From: Ramazzottius varieornatus
Taxonomy: Eukaryota > Animalia > Tardigrada
DNA: 64,000 nucleotides
NCBI GenBank assembly: GCA_001949185.1
Contig: BDGG01000027.1
Coordinates: forward strand, 7,915 to 71,914
Reading direction: 5' to 3'
The notes under the pieces were generated by a model that was not told the origin of the DNA, ran no database searches, and saw only the letters and a program-made list of their open reading frames with translations. This document shows positions 37,703 through 49,940 of this stretch, in pieces. Position 1 is the first letter of the stretch; each line of letters opens with the position of its first letter. The position numbers and the translations under genes are program-made.

Positions 37703-38661
37703 ATGGAAGTTATACAGGTGAGCGTTGCAAATCTGGCTCTCTACTTCATTCCGTGTAGTTTCTCCGTGCAAGATTTTGGTCGTTTTGTAGTCGGCGGACG
37801 AAACAGACGGCTCGGACAAATTTTCCTCCAGCAGCGACGAAGAGATGGAGGAAATCCCGCAGCGGTGTTGTGATGGCAAGAAGTGGACAGCTCTGGCAGA
37901 GGTTGCTCTCGCTATCCTTCTGATCGTTCTGGAGATCGTCAGTAAGTTCTTTCGCTGTAAAAGTTTAGTTAAGATGGAGAAACTAACATCAGAGGCAGTT
38001 CGGACGTTGTAATTCATTTTACTGGCGCATAACGTCAACAACCATTGTCAGTGGGCTATGTCATGCTGTCCAGTGTCGTAAGTGTGATGGAAAATACACC
38101 GCAGTGACGTCATGCGTTTAGTTTTGCATCGTATATGTTACATTACCTGACATCAACCGGAAGTTTCGGGGTTTCCAATTCCACCCGACGTTCTCTTTTA
38201 TTTCTTCAGACGTGGCCATTCTCAATCCGTTCTTCAGGCAGTTCTGTCCTGGAATATGGATGGGGATAATATTCCTAGCGACCGGTGGCCTTTCGCTGGC
38301 GTATTTCAAGCTGGAGCACGTCCAGAACAAACGCCTTTCCATAATCGGGCCTCCTCCCACCCACTCACACACGCAGATTTTCCGCATGATTTTCCTGATT
38401 ATTAATTCTCTTTCCCTATCATTATGTATTGCCATGATTGCTGTTTTGGGTGTCGCCATTGACGCCTTGCGAAAGGAAGAAAAAGTTCCGATCGACAGTG
38501 CCTACTCGATGCTCCTCGTCATGATGGCCATTTACGTGCTCATATTTCTAACCACCGTCCTTGGCTTCGTCTTCCTTTCCCGATATAGAAGTCCGGAAAT
38601 GAAAGTTGTACCTCAAAGGGATATTACGGTGGTTTGCGAGGAAGCCGAACTGACTGTTTGA
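37703..38661 (+). CDS. Four-TM membrane protein, CD20/MS4A-like
   Basis: Three exons (MEVIQ|SADE...ALAEVALAILLIVLEIV|NVAIL...). Four hydrophobic segments; PGIWMGIIFLATG at the start of TM2. Confidence 0.6.
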
Positions 38662-39013
38662 ATTTTTCAGAATCTTCTTTGGAATTTTTACTGAATTTCT
38701 ACTGTATTTGACATTCCGTAGATCGATCTTCAGATCTTTTGCACGATCACAGATTCTTTTACGAAGTGTCGAATTTTCTATTTGGTTAACGGAGAAGAGC
38801 ACAATTACGCGAACGTTCCTACGCTGATTAGTAACACATCAGTCTTCTTACTTGTTCTTTGCCTTTGAAATGAAGTCAACAACGAACTTCGACAAAATTA
38901 TCTTTGACCCATTTCGCTTTGCAGGCTTTCGCTTGTCTGCAAAAACTCACATAGAAAAGTTTCTAACGTACAGTTTGGCTTGAATTATTCACAGCCTGTA
39001 TTCTTTTCGTACC

Positions 39014-42000
39014 ATGAAGACCCATTTGGGAATATTATTTGCTCAGCTCAGCTGGATCTTCTTTGTAAACGGCGAACGACCCATCGAATCAGGTAAAAAC
39101 CGCGGAATGATTTCGAAAATACTGTAGCACCCAGTAAACATGCTCGTCAAGGCAATTTTTTTCAAGTGGCGCCCACTCTAGCTAACTTAACACCCTGTAG
39201 ACGTGCGCCACTTGGGAAAACCAAGAAAATCGATCAGATCGTTCTCTCGGGTGGCGCACGCTCCCAGCCGATATCACTAAAAAGATGCGTCACTCGGGAA
39301 TACGGTATTTTCCAGCTTGTTTGTCTGGGTCCCAGACGTTAGAATGCTCAATAAATTTTATCGATAGTCCAGCTTTGAGAAGATCAATTCTCACTCTTCT
39401 GCCTTTCAAAGGTTTCTTGCTGAAAGTTTTGTTATTCTTATTGGTCTTTGCTGAATGTGGTTTCCGTTCCAGTTGCAGGGAAACTATGTCGCGGTCCGCC
39501 TCGCATCACCGTAGGCTTTTGCGTAGACCAGTCCGAGGATGTCTCTGAAGTTTGCGTAGGAAAGAACGTAGTAATCCAGCGATCAGCCGATTGTGGAATC
39601 GGTAACTGGTGCTGTTTGGGTTCTGACGAGTTCGTGGACGTGAACGTTCCGCCACCGCCTCCGCCACCCATCAAGGAATCGTTCGTGGTCCCCAGTGGAG
39701 GACATGTGGCGCAGAACGGCGTGTTCGACGCTGTCGATAACGCGCCCTGTGGACTAGGGAACACTCTGAGGAGCGCTGCTGGAGATAGCTCCGTCATCTC
39801 TAGCATTAGAAGGTTCGCCAGGGTCTACAAGGGCGTACTGACAGAAGTTGGAGACTTTTGCTGGGTGGTAAGTTATTCATTTTAAAAACCTTGCAGTTTA
39901 TATTTCGAAAAGAAAACGAATACGAGGCTTGGAACCGATAGGAGATTTGATTCAGCTTTTGTTGTTCAGTTTCGAATTGGTTAGGCTCATTACAGGGTGA
40001 TCCCTGTACGTTGGAACGATTTTGAAAATTCGTGGTAAAGTCGCTTCTAGTTCTACATTTCCAAACTTCAACTCGTTCGATAGAGCATGTCTTCATCTTG
40101 AATTTTTGTGGAGGTCTCAACAAAACGTTGATCGTTTGATTGTTGTGGGCCACTGAAAACATGAATTTTACGGGTAAGAAGTGGGAACCTCGGTTAAATT
40201 ATTTATATCTGACTGGCAAAACGATTACATTTCCTCACAAAAATTGTTTGATGAGGAAAGTACGTTTGGACTGAATATTGGAGAACAAACCGACCGTTCG
40301 AACACGCTGCGGACGGATAAAACTGGAAATAGTTCAAAAAATAGGAGAAAATATTTGCCTACCCCTCTGAGTTTCAGCAATATTACAGCTCACTAATCCA
40401 ATCATGTGCACGAACTCGTGAATGATATTTTTCTACTATATCTAGAAAGGTTTTCCAACAGAATAGCATCAACGAAATTATACTGAAACGTTTCGCACGC
40501 AAACAAACCAGCCTGAAGTGCATTGCATGTTGGTTTTGCGAAAACTTTTTGATTTCCACCTAGTTCCCGTCTTCAGCGCTGTGCTTCTTCTTGACAACGA
40601 CACCCCGACAAAAGTTTTACACAATGTTTTTGATAGTTACACGTATCTGGGAACGAATTTTCGAAGTAGTGAAAGCACAGCTCATTTTCTATTCACGTCC
40701 AAAATCGTTCCAACTTGTAGGGATCACCCTGTACTTCAATATAGTTCATGTATTGGACTCCCATGTTTTGCTGAGGTTTCTACTTCAGGTCTCCGGTCAC
40801 TTGGGGTACTGAGGGCTCTCAATCTTTCATGATCATCCATGCAGCCCAAATGTTCTATCTAATAGCGATTTTGATACATAGTTGAATTTGTAACTCGCTC
40901 CGCTCTACAGTATGATTTCATCAATTCCATTTTTGAACAGGTTTTTCAAATACGAAACTGCAGCGAATTTTCAACAGACCATAGTGCTGCCTACCGTAAA
41001 TTTTGTTGATCACGAGTGCTAATGGATTTTTCCATAGGCTGCCCTGTTCGATGCCGGAGACACCAAGCGTAATATCCCACAGACGTTTGTTTGTGCAGCC
41101 ACCATCATCAATTCGACACACATCCTGACCGCAGGCCATTGCGTTGACCGGTACCTTAGTCAGCCCAGCCGGCTGATCGTCCAAACTGGCACAGACAGTG
41201 CGTCGACGTTGGCGCTGACGGACCCCAGCAGCTGTGCACAGCAGCTCCCGGTCGTAGAAATCATTCTGTCCCAGCGATATGATCCCGACAACCTTCTGGA
41301 AGACCACGCATTACTTCGCGTCGCGGGAACCATCCGAGCTGATGGATGCACTTGTCGAGTGTGTCTTCCGGATCGAACTGTTACGCGGGACACGACCAAT
41401 GTGTTATTATGTTGGGTCGCTGGCTTCGGTTCTACGACCGGTAAGCTCTACTTTCCTGCTTTGTTCGCTTTTGCATCCGTTTCAAGGGTGATCTGCCTTT
41501 TTCAGAAGGTGCCGCAAGCTCGCTGCAGCTGACGAAGTCGCCAATAGCGGTTAGTGCACCCAGGTCAAGTTGCGCACTGTTTCGGGACACTCATCACTCA
41601 GACCGTTTCCAATTTTAGTTTGTGAGGCGGGATATTTGTGAGGTTACTTTGGGCAAACTTCTTTCCAGCGGGGTCGAGAGGCTTCCGCTTCCGGATTCAG
41701 CGTTCTGTGCGGGAGACGCCCAACATGGCGGACTGTGCACGAACGACGGAGGAGCCCCATTGACATGTCTCATCGGGTAAGTTTCGAAAGTCGGATCGCG
41801 GTGTATCAACGCTCGACTCTCGGCTTCAAAACTGGAGTCGCGTGTGTGGGCTTGTCAGACTCGTACTGTTTGCGCTGAATGGTGGTAGTACTAGCCAACG
41901 GCCTTTCATTTTCCTTCTTCCCGCTGGTGTCATTATAGAATTGTCTATGTTATACTCTTTGTCTTTTAGTGGTCGCCATACAATACTGGGTGTGGGTAGC

Positions 42001-44360
42001 TGGTCAATCGACTGTTCGCAGTACCCCAGCGTTTTCTCGTCCATCTCCGCCTGTTCCGGGTTCTTCTCCAACGCCGACCTGCCATGCAGCGCCAAGAAGT
42101 CCGCGCTCCGGCCCACCTTCGCCCTAACGGACCTGAGTAGCGGACCCACTTGTGGTCTGCCCGGTACAAGCGACATCGACCCTTTCCGGCTAGCCAAGCA
42201 GAGCAGGCAAAACCAGCTAGCTGAAACCAACAAAGTCAAGGCCGCCATTCAGGAACTGATGGAATCGATGGAAGTCGGACGCCCGACTAGTGCGCCCACC
42301 ATAGCCACGATTGGTGAAGACACGGTGCCCGCTTCTTTAAACGAGCAGAACTTTGGGGATGCCGACGAAAGATTGTTACCAGCCCAGTTTCGAAGATCCA
42401 TGATGGTAGCAGCAGAGTCACCTATCAGTGTGGCCGGTCAGTTTCCGGAAAGTTCAGTGGTGGGAGGCCAGCCGGTGCCCAAGAACCAAGTGTGCTGGCA
42501 GGTGCTGGTTTCTAGCGGTTGCGGAGGAAGCATCATTTCAGACCAGCATATCCTGACTGCCGCCCATTGTGTCACCCAGTAAGTACCTCCACGTCTAAGT
42601 CTTGTTCGTCTAAAATTACCGGTGAACAGAATTTCGCTCTTACCTAAGAGGTCCATCGGGCCACAAATTTTCGCATCTCCTTGTTACCAGCACATCACAA
42701 CTGAGGTGGAACCTTCCCTTCCATGATACAGTGTTGCTTCCTTCGTTCCTTGAGGCCTGAGCAATGTAGGCAAAGTCCACCGCACACAACTGCGGACGAT
42801 CTGAAACTTGTCTTGTTTTCGTGGTCCGATATCCACGACGTTGGATATTGTTACTTATCCAGCGGCAGAAGCATTCGCTCCGCTTGGCTGAATTCCGTGT
42901 ACTGCGGCTCTTTTGGTTCTTTTCTGCGCCGGACTTGCAAACCATCAACGAGTTTACCAGTTTTCTCTCACCCAGCCTGGCATTGTCTGCATTGCATGAT
43001 CGAACAGTGCAATCAATGGTTCAAAGCCGAACTAGCCGACACAGGGATTTTTTTTGCTGGAAGCAGCAGGAGCCGCTTTGAGGTTGAGTGAACCCGGAAA
43101 CTGTGTCTGTTGATGCCAAGACTTTTGTTTGGGCTCGTTGTTTCGAAGCCATCGTGAATTCTCTGGATTGCTGATTCGATCGGAAGGTCCCTCGACCGCA
43201 GCGGCAAGTTTTGTAGCATCGTTGGGCAGATGGATGACAGGAAACTCTCACTGGGCCCTCGATCACCTCACTTGGTTTCATGGCTCGTATGACCAGCAAA
43301 CTACTACCAACCTCGCGAAAGTTTTCCTTTTTTTGCCGCTTGTGAACCTGTGTCATTTCGCTTCAGAAAAGGAACAAAAATACCCAAGGACCTATCGCAG
43401 CTAAAGGTGGTCTTGGGCGCCAGCATTTCTCCCGTCAAGTTTCCGCTGGATGGCTGCCAAGAAATCCGCAACGTTCGACGGGTGTACGTCCATCCCGACT
43501 ACTTCCTCGGTAACGACTCGGCACTTTACGTCTCCAGTGACATCGCCATCATCGAGCTAGCCAGCCCCATCGACTTCTCCAAACCTTGCGTCTGTCGCGT
43601 CTGCCTCCAAGACTCAGAACCCGCTGCCGGTAAGTCTTCTCTCGCACTTTACCATCATTGCTTGATTCTTATACTACTACTGTAGGTGAAACATGTACCA
43701 TCACGGGCTTTGGGTGTCAGGAACCCACGAAGCCCGGTTCTCCCTGTAGCGGTCGCGGTGATCGTGCTTTGCAAAAGCTCAACGTGGTCATGCCTGGGGA
43801 CGATGTCTGTTCGACCTTCTTCCAGGGTTTCCCGTCGGATAAGGTAACCTGCTCGGCGTCCGGCTTGGGACGCGCTCCCTGCTTTGGAGACAGCGGTGGA
43901 CCCATTGTCTGTTACAACAACGAGCGCAATACCCACTACCAGGCCGGTGTGACCAGCTTTGCCATTTTCCCCGATGGTGCAAACGGCTGTGGGTCTGGAA
44001 ACAACAACTTTCAGTACTACACCAAAGTCAAGCATTTCATTCCTTGGATCCAGCGTAAGCCAATATCCCATCATTGCAGTTCGCTCCGTCATAAAATTAT
44101 TGAGCTTCAATGTAACCAAATCTGTTACACGGAGCTGTTGTGTCCCACGCTTTAAACACCTTACGAAGAAGAAAGAGTCGAAATGTTTTACGTCATTTTC
44201 TATAGCGGTATCATAGCGGATCTGTGCAATTGCAGGCTTTGTTCCCGACGTGATGGTGACAGTACCCAGTCGCTTTCTGTTTCAAGCCTCGTTCAATATT
44301 GACTTGGGCGATGGAGTATCCAACATTGTCACCAACAATCAGCTCCTTCCCGCTCAGTGA
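39014..44360 (+). CDS. Secreted clip-like domain + inactive serine protease homolog + active S1 serine protease
   Basis: Signal-like exon 1 and a 6-Cys module ending in CC. Domain 1: TAGHC / EDHAL / NDGGAP. Domain 2: VVGG / TAAHC / SDIAI / GDSGGP. One exon (41970-42579) joins both domains in frame. Confidence 0.85.
39993..40731. mobile_element. Non-autonomous Tc1/mariner-type element in the protease intron
   Basis: TA|CAGGGTGATCCCTGTACGTTGGAACGATTTTG ... CAAAATCGTTCCAACTTGTAGGGATCACCCTG|TA. Confidence 0.88.
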
Positions 44361-44864
44361 TCTACACTCCTGTGGTAGCTCATGCGCCATCAACGAGACA
44401 AGAGACCCACGAGACAAGAGACCCAGAAAGAGTCTGCCATAGCTCGTCCAGCGGCGAACGTTTATTCGCGCTCGCATGATCACCGCTTCATTCATTAATT
44501 TATGTATAGACAATGCGTCTACAACTCGAACACTGCCCATCAAAACAACATAATAGCAAACTAAAACATTGGTGCTACTGCCTTTCATTGATATCACATG
44601 AAGACCATACCCACTGCAACAAACTGTCCATGTAGCTCGTGCGTTGCACCTTTCAAAGTGAGACAATGAAGGAGAGATGAGGTACGAGTTTTCAGGTTGG
44701 ATCGCAGAAATCATGGAGAGGGATTTATCTCACGCTGTTTAGGAGCACATTAATGCAATTAGTAACGTGGTTGTGGTGATCTGAGCTCTTCGCAGCAAGA
44801 GCTCTTGAAAATGAGTCAAACACTGGACGTTCTAATCAGGCTGCTAGTCGATGCGAAGTTGACC

Positions 44865-47800
44865 ATGTTAACATCCGGTGGATCATCCCATCGGGTATTA
44901 GTAACAGTGATCGTCATGGTCGCATCCACTATCTTTACCTCTTCGGCCCAGGTACGGTGAAGTTTGGATTTTTCTCAGCTGGTGTGTTTTTGCAGATGGG
45001 CGCTCATTTTTGTCTTTTTAGTTCCAGTCGCGACAAACTTCCACCGGTTCCGTTGTCACATGCAGCCAAGCGCTCTACACCGCGTCCATCAATGAAACAG
45101 CAGCTATTGGAACATTGGTCCTCACACCAACAGCAACCAACGCCAACAGCAACACCCTTGTCTGGTCCATCGACGATACGTCCCTTCAGAAGTTCACCAT
45201 CAACCCCAGTACGGGAGCCATCAGTGTGGGAAGCCAGCTGGCGCGCTCCTTCGCTGTGGGACGTTCCGCTCTGGAATTTACCATCAAAGCTGCTGACTCG
45301 GTCAACCCATCCCAGGTACGTGCAAATTCCGATTTCTTTCATCGCTGAGATTACCGTAGAAAGAAGATCCATAACGCGGTCGGCCACATCCCTTCCGTTT
45401 TGACAACATGTTTGGAACAAGAAAGGAGAACACTGGGTTTTTTTGCAGACGTGTCAGTCGACGGTCCGAATCAACATTATCCCAGTGGTAGCGCCCTCGG
45501 TCCCGTCTACCGGTAGCGGTTCGACCACCGGTTTCAGTCAGACTTCATTCACGTTGACGGCATCGAACTGTGCTGTTGGTGCTACCGTCGGACAAGTGGG
45601 CTCCGGCACCACCACCGGCAGCGGCTTTACCTATAGCCTGACCAGTCCCAACACTTACTTTTCCATCAGCTCTACCACCGGTATCATCACCTTGCTGCAG
45701 ATCCCGCCGGCTGGAACCTACTCGCTCACAGCCACATCGATATCTTCCAGTGGCGTGACTACATCGGTACCGGTTTCCATTACCACAACGTGCAACGGCT
45801 TCGGCACTGGTACGCTAATGTTCGACGAACATGCTGGACATTCCGCACTGTTGAATAAAAAAACCCGTATTCTGGACAAGAAACTAATCTTACTTACTTT
45901 AATTTAAAGTATTAACTTTCTGCACTGAATCAAACTTTATTGTCACCTTTTCTGCTTATTACAGATGAGAGTCATTCAATCTGGCGTTTTTGTACGGTTA
46001 TTTGTACTCTCCCGGTGTGAACTGTTTCCTCCTGTTGTCTTATTAGGTACCGGCACAGGCTCCTTTCCTCAGTCCTCCTACTCGTTCACCGTTTCCAGCT
46101 GCCTCGTCGGTTCCACCGTCGGTCAAGTTGTTGTCTCGTTCAGTAGCGGTCTCGGCAACACCTACAGCTTGACCAGCCCTAACACCTACTTCTCCATCCA
46201 GTCTAGCACAGGCCTCATTACTCTGCTCCAAATTCCGCCCAGCGGCAGCTACACCGTCTTCGTCTCGACGGTCTCCCCCCTGACTGGGATCACTAGTTCG
46301 GTCCCTGTTACCATCACAGTGTCCTGTAACGGAGGTATAGGCACAACCGGCGTTACTTTCACACAGTCACCTTACACCTTCACACTGACCACATGCAGCC
46401 TGGGATCCTTCGTGGGCTCGGTCACGGGCTTCTCCACTACCGGCGGCATCCTGACGTATAGTCTGCTAACTCCTAACCAGTATTTCACAATTAATCCAAC
46501 CACAGGTACCTGACACCGTCAAATGACAGCCCGGGAAACAAGCTCAACAAGAACCTTTTCCAAGTGGCGCACGTTTCCACTGCTTCAATGTAGGCAATGC
46601 GCAGCAATCCCTCCATCCGGTTTGAAGTTTCGATTGCACGTTGTGTCAACTTTACTGTGTGCCATGTAGCGTAATTTGATTAGATTACCTGTGCACCAGC
46701 TGGCGTAACAGTTAGTGGTCAACAAACTACTCAGCCATTGAAACCGGGTGGATGGCATTGTACTGGCCGACAGTATGCGCCACCTGGGATAGCGTCTGTT
46801 CGAGTCTGCATGCATAGGTCCCTAATAGCTGAAGAGTGCAACAGCAACTGATCTACTGTTCTATACAGGTCTCATCACAACCATCCAGATTCCGCCAACA
46901 GGTGCCACACAAAGCCTTCTCGTTCAAGCCACGTCTTCCACGGGCCAGACCGGCGTCGCCTCAGTCTCTGTGCTGTCCAGCTGTGCCAATACCGGTAGCG
47001 GTACAGGTACTGCTCTAACACCGACCTTCACCAACAGCAACTACCAGTTCACGGTGACCAGCTGCACACCTGGTGCGTTCATCGGACAAGTCAGCGCCAT
47101 CTCGCCCAATGGAGGGACAGTTACGTATTCCGTCAACAATGGCAATGGAATCTTCTCCGTCGACCCCACCTCTGGTCTCATTACGTCACTCAGTACTCCG
47201 ACCATCGGCATACAGACCTTCTATGTCCAAGCTACGTCCTCGTTGGGCGGCACCGCTATCGCACCCGTCACCATCACCACATCCTGTAACGGTATGTCAT
47301 TCCTATTACCGCGTATCACACAGTTAATATGCCAGCTGACCAACACATCAAAAAATGGTATGCAATAAGGGAATAGTAGCCTGCAGACTATGGGTATCTT
47401 TACTTCAGCTTTTTGTGAATCCAAATTAACAATGCTATTGATTGAAAAGTAAAATGCGGACAGCTTGACCCAAAATGGTAGAAAATATTTTTCGGCTGGA
47501 TTTCTAAAATGATAACAGTTTTCCATGCGCATGTTTATGACATCATACGAAAATATGCTGACCAATATATATACTTTACCGGACAGCCGTTCCGCATGCA
47601 AATTCATCTTTCATCCTACAGGTATCAATAATGGAATCAACAACGGTGGTGTCTTCTCTGGCATCGTCAGTCAAGGCACTGTTCCGATCTTCAATCAGCC
47701 CTACTACACTTTCACCGTTACATCCTGTACCGCGGGGACCTCCGTCGGGCAAGTCTTTGCCAGCCCGGGTCTCGGTACCTTCCCGACTATCGGTGTATCC

Positions 47801-49418
47801 ACACCTATTCTATACTCTATCGACAACGGCAACCCTTACTACACCATCAACCCTACCACCGGCCAAATCACCCAGTCGGCGGTGCCCGTTGGAACTTCCC
47901 AGACGCTGACGGTCCGTGCACAGACCATCAACGGCTACACATCGTCCGTGCCCCTGACCATCACGTCCTCGTGTTCAGGTACAGATCATACTGTAGAAAT
48001 ACGCCACTATCGAAAAACGCCTCGATTGATGGTTGAGAAAGTTTACAGCAGTATTGGGCAGACTGTCAGAAAGACTTGGTAAAGTGCGGCAAACTTGTTT
48101 TTTTTACTTTGATGAGATCGCTCTCGCGGTAGAACTGAACTTGGTCGCATACGATTCCACCTATCGTGCTTTCAGGGAGTCAAGGTACCGCCGCCTACAC
48201 TTTCACGTCCAGCAGCTGCACACCAGGTTCCGTCATCGGTCAGATTACTTCAGTAGCCTCCACTGGTACTACACCAACTTACTCGTTGGTCGGTAGCAAC
48301 AGTCTTTTTGCCATTAGTCCCACCGGACAAATCACAGCAGTGGGCCAACAAGTCTCTGGGACACAGACCTTCCAAGTCCTCGCCACCACCCCCGACGGTG
48401 GATCCGCCACCGCGTCCGTCACCGTTACATCAACATGTACCGGCACCAGCCCGTCTAACGCTCCTCTGGCCTTCGGACAGTCCCTGTACACATTCATCGC
48501 ATCCAGCTGTAACGCGGGTAGTAATATTGGTCAAGTAACGGTGGGCAGTAACCCCACTGGTGGTACTTTGACTTACACGCTACAAGGCGGTAACAACCAG
48601 TTTAGCATCAACCCGATCACCGGTTCGATCTTGGCAGCCACGACATTGACGGGTGGCACTGCGTCCTTCACGGTAACGGCGGTGTCGTCCACGGGACAGA
48701 GTGGATCCGCCACAGTTACGGTCACTTCCAACTGCGGAAGTAACATACCTACTATCGGTGCAGGTTACCCCAACACCGGTTATCCAAACAACTACGGTCC
48801 ATTGTATGGACCGACGTACGGTAACAATCAGCCAACCTATCCTAGTGGCGGTGGTGGTGGTTACAGCGGCAACTACGAACCAGCCCCGTACGCCAACCCT
48901 GGTTACAACACTGTACCAATCGGGCCTATTTATGGCGGACCTTCTGGACCAAACTATGGTGGAGGGTCGGCGTATAGAAACACAGCATCGTACGGAAGTG
49001 GCGCACCTTATGCAGCTGGGTCTGGGGCGTATGCTGGTGGGAATTTCCTGACAAGTCGAAGCATGCCACCGCAGTTCAGGCAACCGGTTTATTCCTGCAG
49101 TTTACCGTGTAGCGCTACCGATGTTCAAAGAGCCTGCATACTAAAGGTAAATCTTTCGGTTCTTTTGGTGTGGTCACAGTTCACGGGCACACAAGTCTCT
49201 GTTTTTCTCGGTTACAGGCATCTAACGCGGCTCAGGATACTATAACATACACGCTGAACCCCTCGGACAAGTTTGAGATGGACCCAAACACGGGAGAAAT
49301 ACGAACGATTGGATTTGTCCGGATTGCAGGAACGTACCAGCTGACGGCTTCTGCAGCAGATCCGTTTGGCGGTACCACTACCGTACCAGTAACCTTAACT
49401 GTTACCGGTTCATGCTAA
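44865..49418 (+). CDS. Secreted Thr/Ser-rich protein with ~9 cadherin-like domains and a Gly/Tyr/Pro-rich segment
   Basis: N-terminal hydrophobic stretch (VLVTVIVMVASTIFTSSAQ). Repeats F.Q..Y.FT...C..G..VGQV...TYS....F.I...TG.IT...V.A...G....PVTIT..C. No TM segment before the stop. Confidence 0.8.
46605..46760. mobile_element. Small MITE inserted into a GTGGCGCA cassette
   Basis: CAATCCCTCCATCCGGTTTGAA vs reverse complement CAATGCCATCCACCCGGTTTCAA. The flanks are the two halves of a family-A cassette. Confidence 0.55.
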
Positions 49419-49940
49419 TTTATTTTGCAACGAGGTTTTGTATTTTCTGATTTACTCCCGTCTTCTCGTTGGTATCGACCGTACACGCGCCTGGCCTCAC
49501 TGGACAAAATATTTCGGCTTCTTCGGCTTCTGGTATAGGGACTCCGCTTTGTGATACCGTACTTCAATGCCGTACCTGTTGGTAGCGGAAACCGCCAACG
49601 ATATCAAACTGAGTAGGTGCAAACGAAACTGGAAACTTGGCATGCCGTAAGGACCGAAAGTTTAAAGGCGGAGTAGTGCCAACAGAAAGTTGATGTAAAA
49701 CCCAGAAAGGATCCATTCTCTGTGGACAGAGTAGTAATAGAGTTGGTATTCCACCGGATGTTCTGTTGAAAAGGTAAACCGGTATTACTTAACGACATTT
49801 CGGTGATGCTGCTTCCGAAGTATGCAGTCAGAGCATTGCTGCGGTTTCTCTCTTTCTTCTTGCAACTGCTGAAGTTCGTCCCATTCCGCATACCACTGGC
49901 GGGCAGTATCCAGCACCGTAGGATGTTCAAGTTGACTAAA

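Noticed and set aside
48996-49010. AAGTGGCGCAC match to the family-A arm
   Set aside because: It lies within coding sequence (GSGAP) with no partner arm, so it is probably chance.
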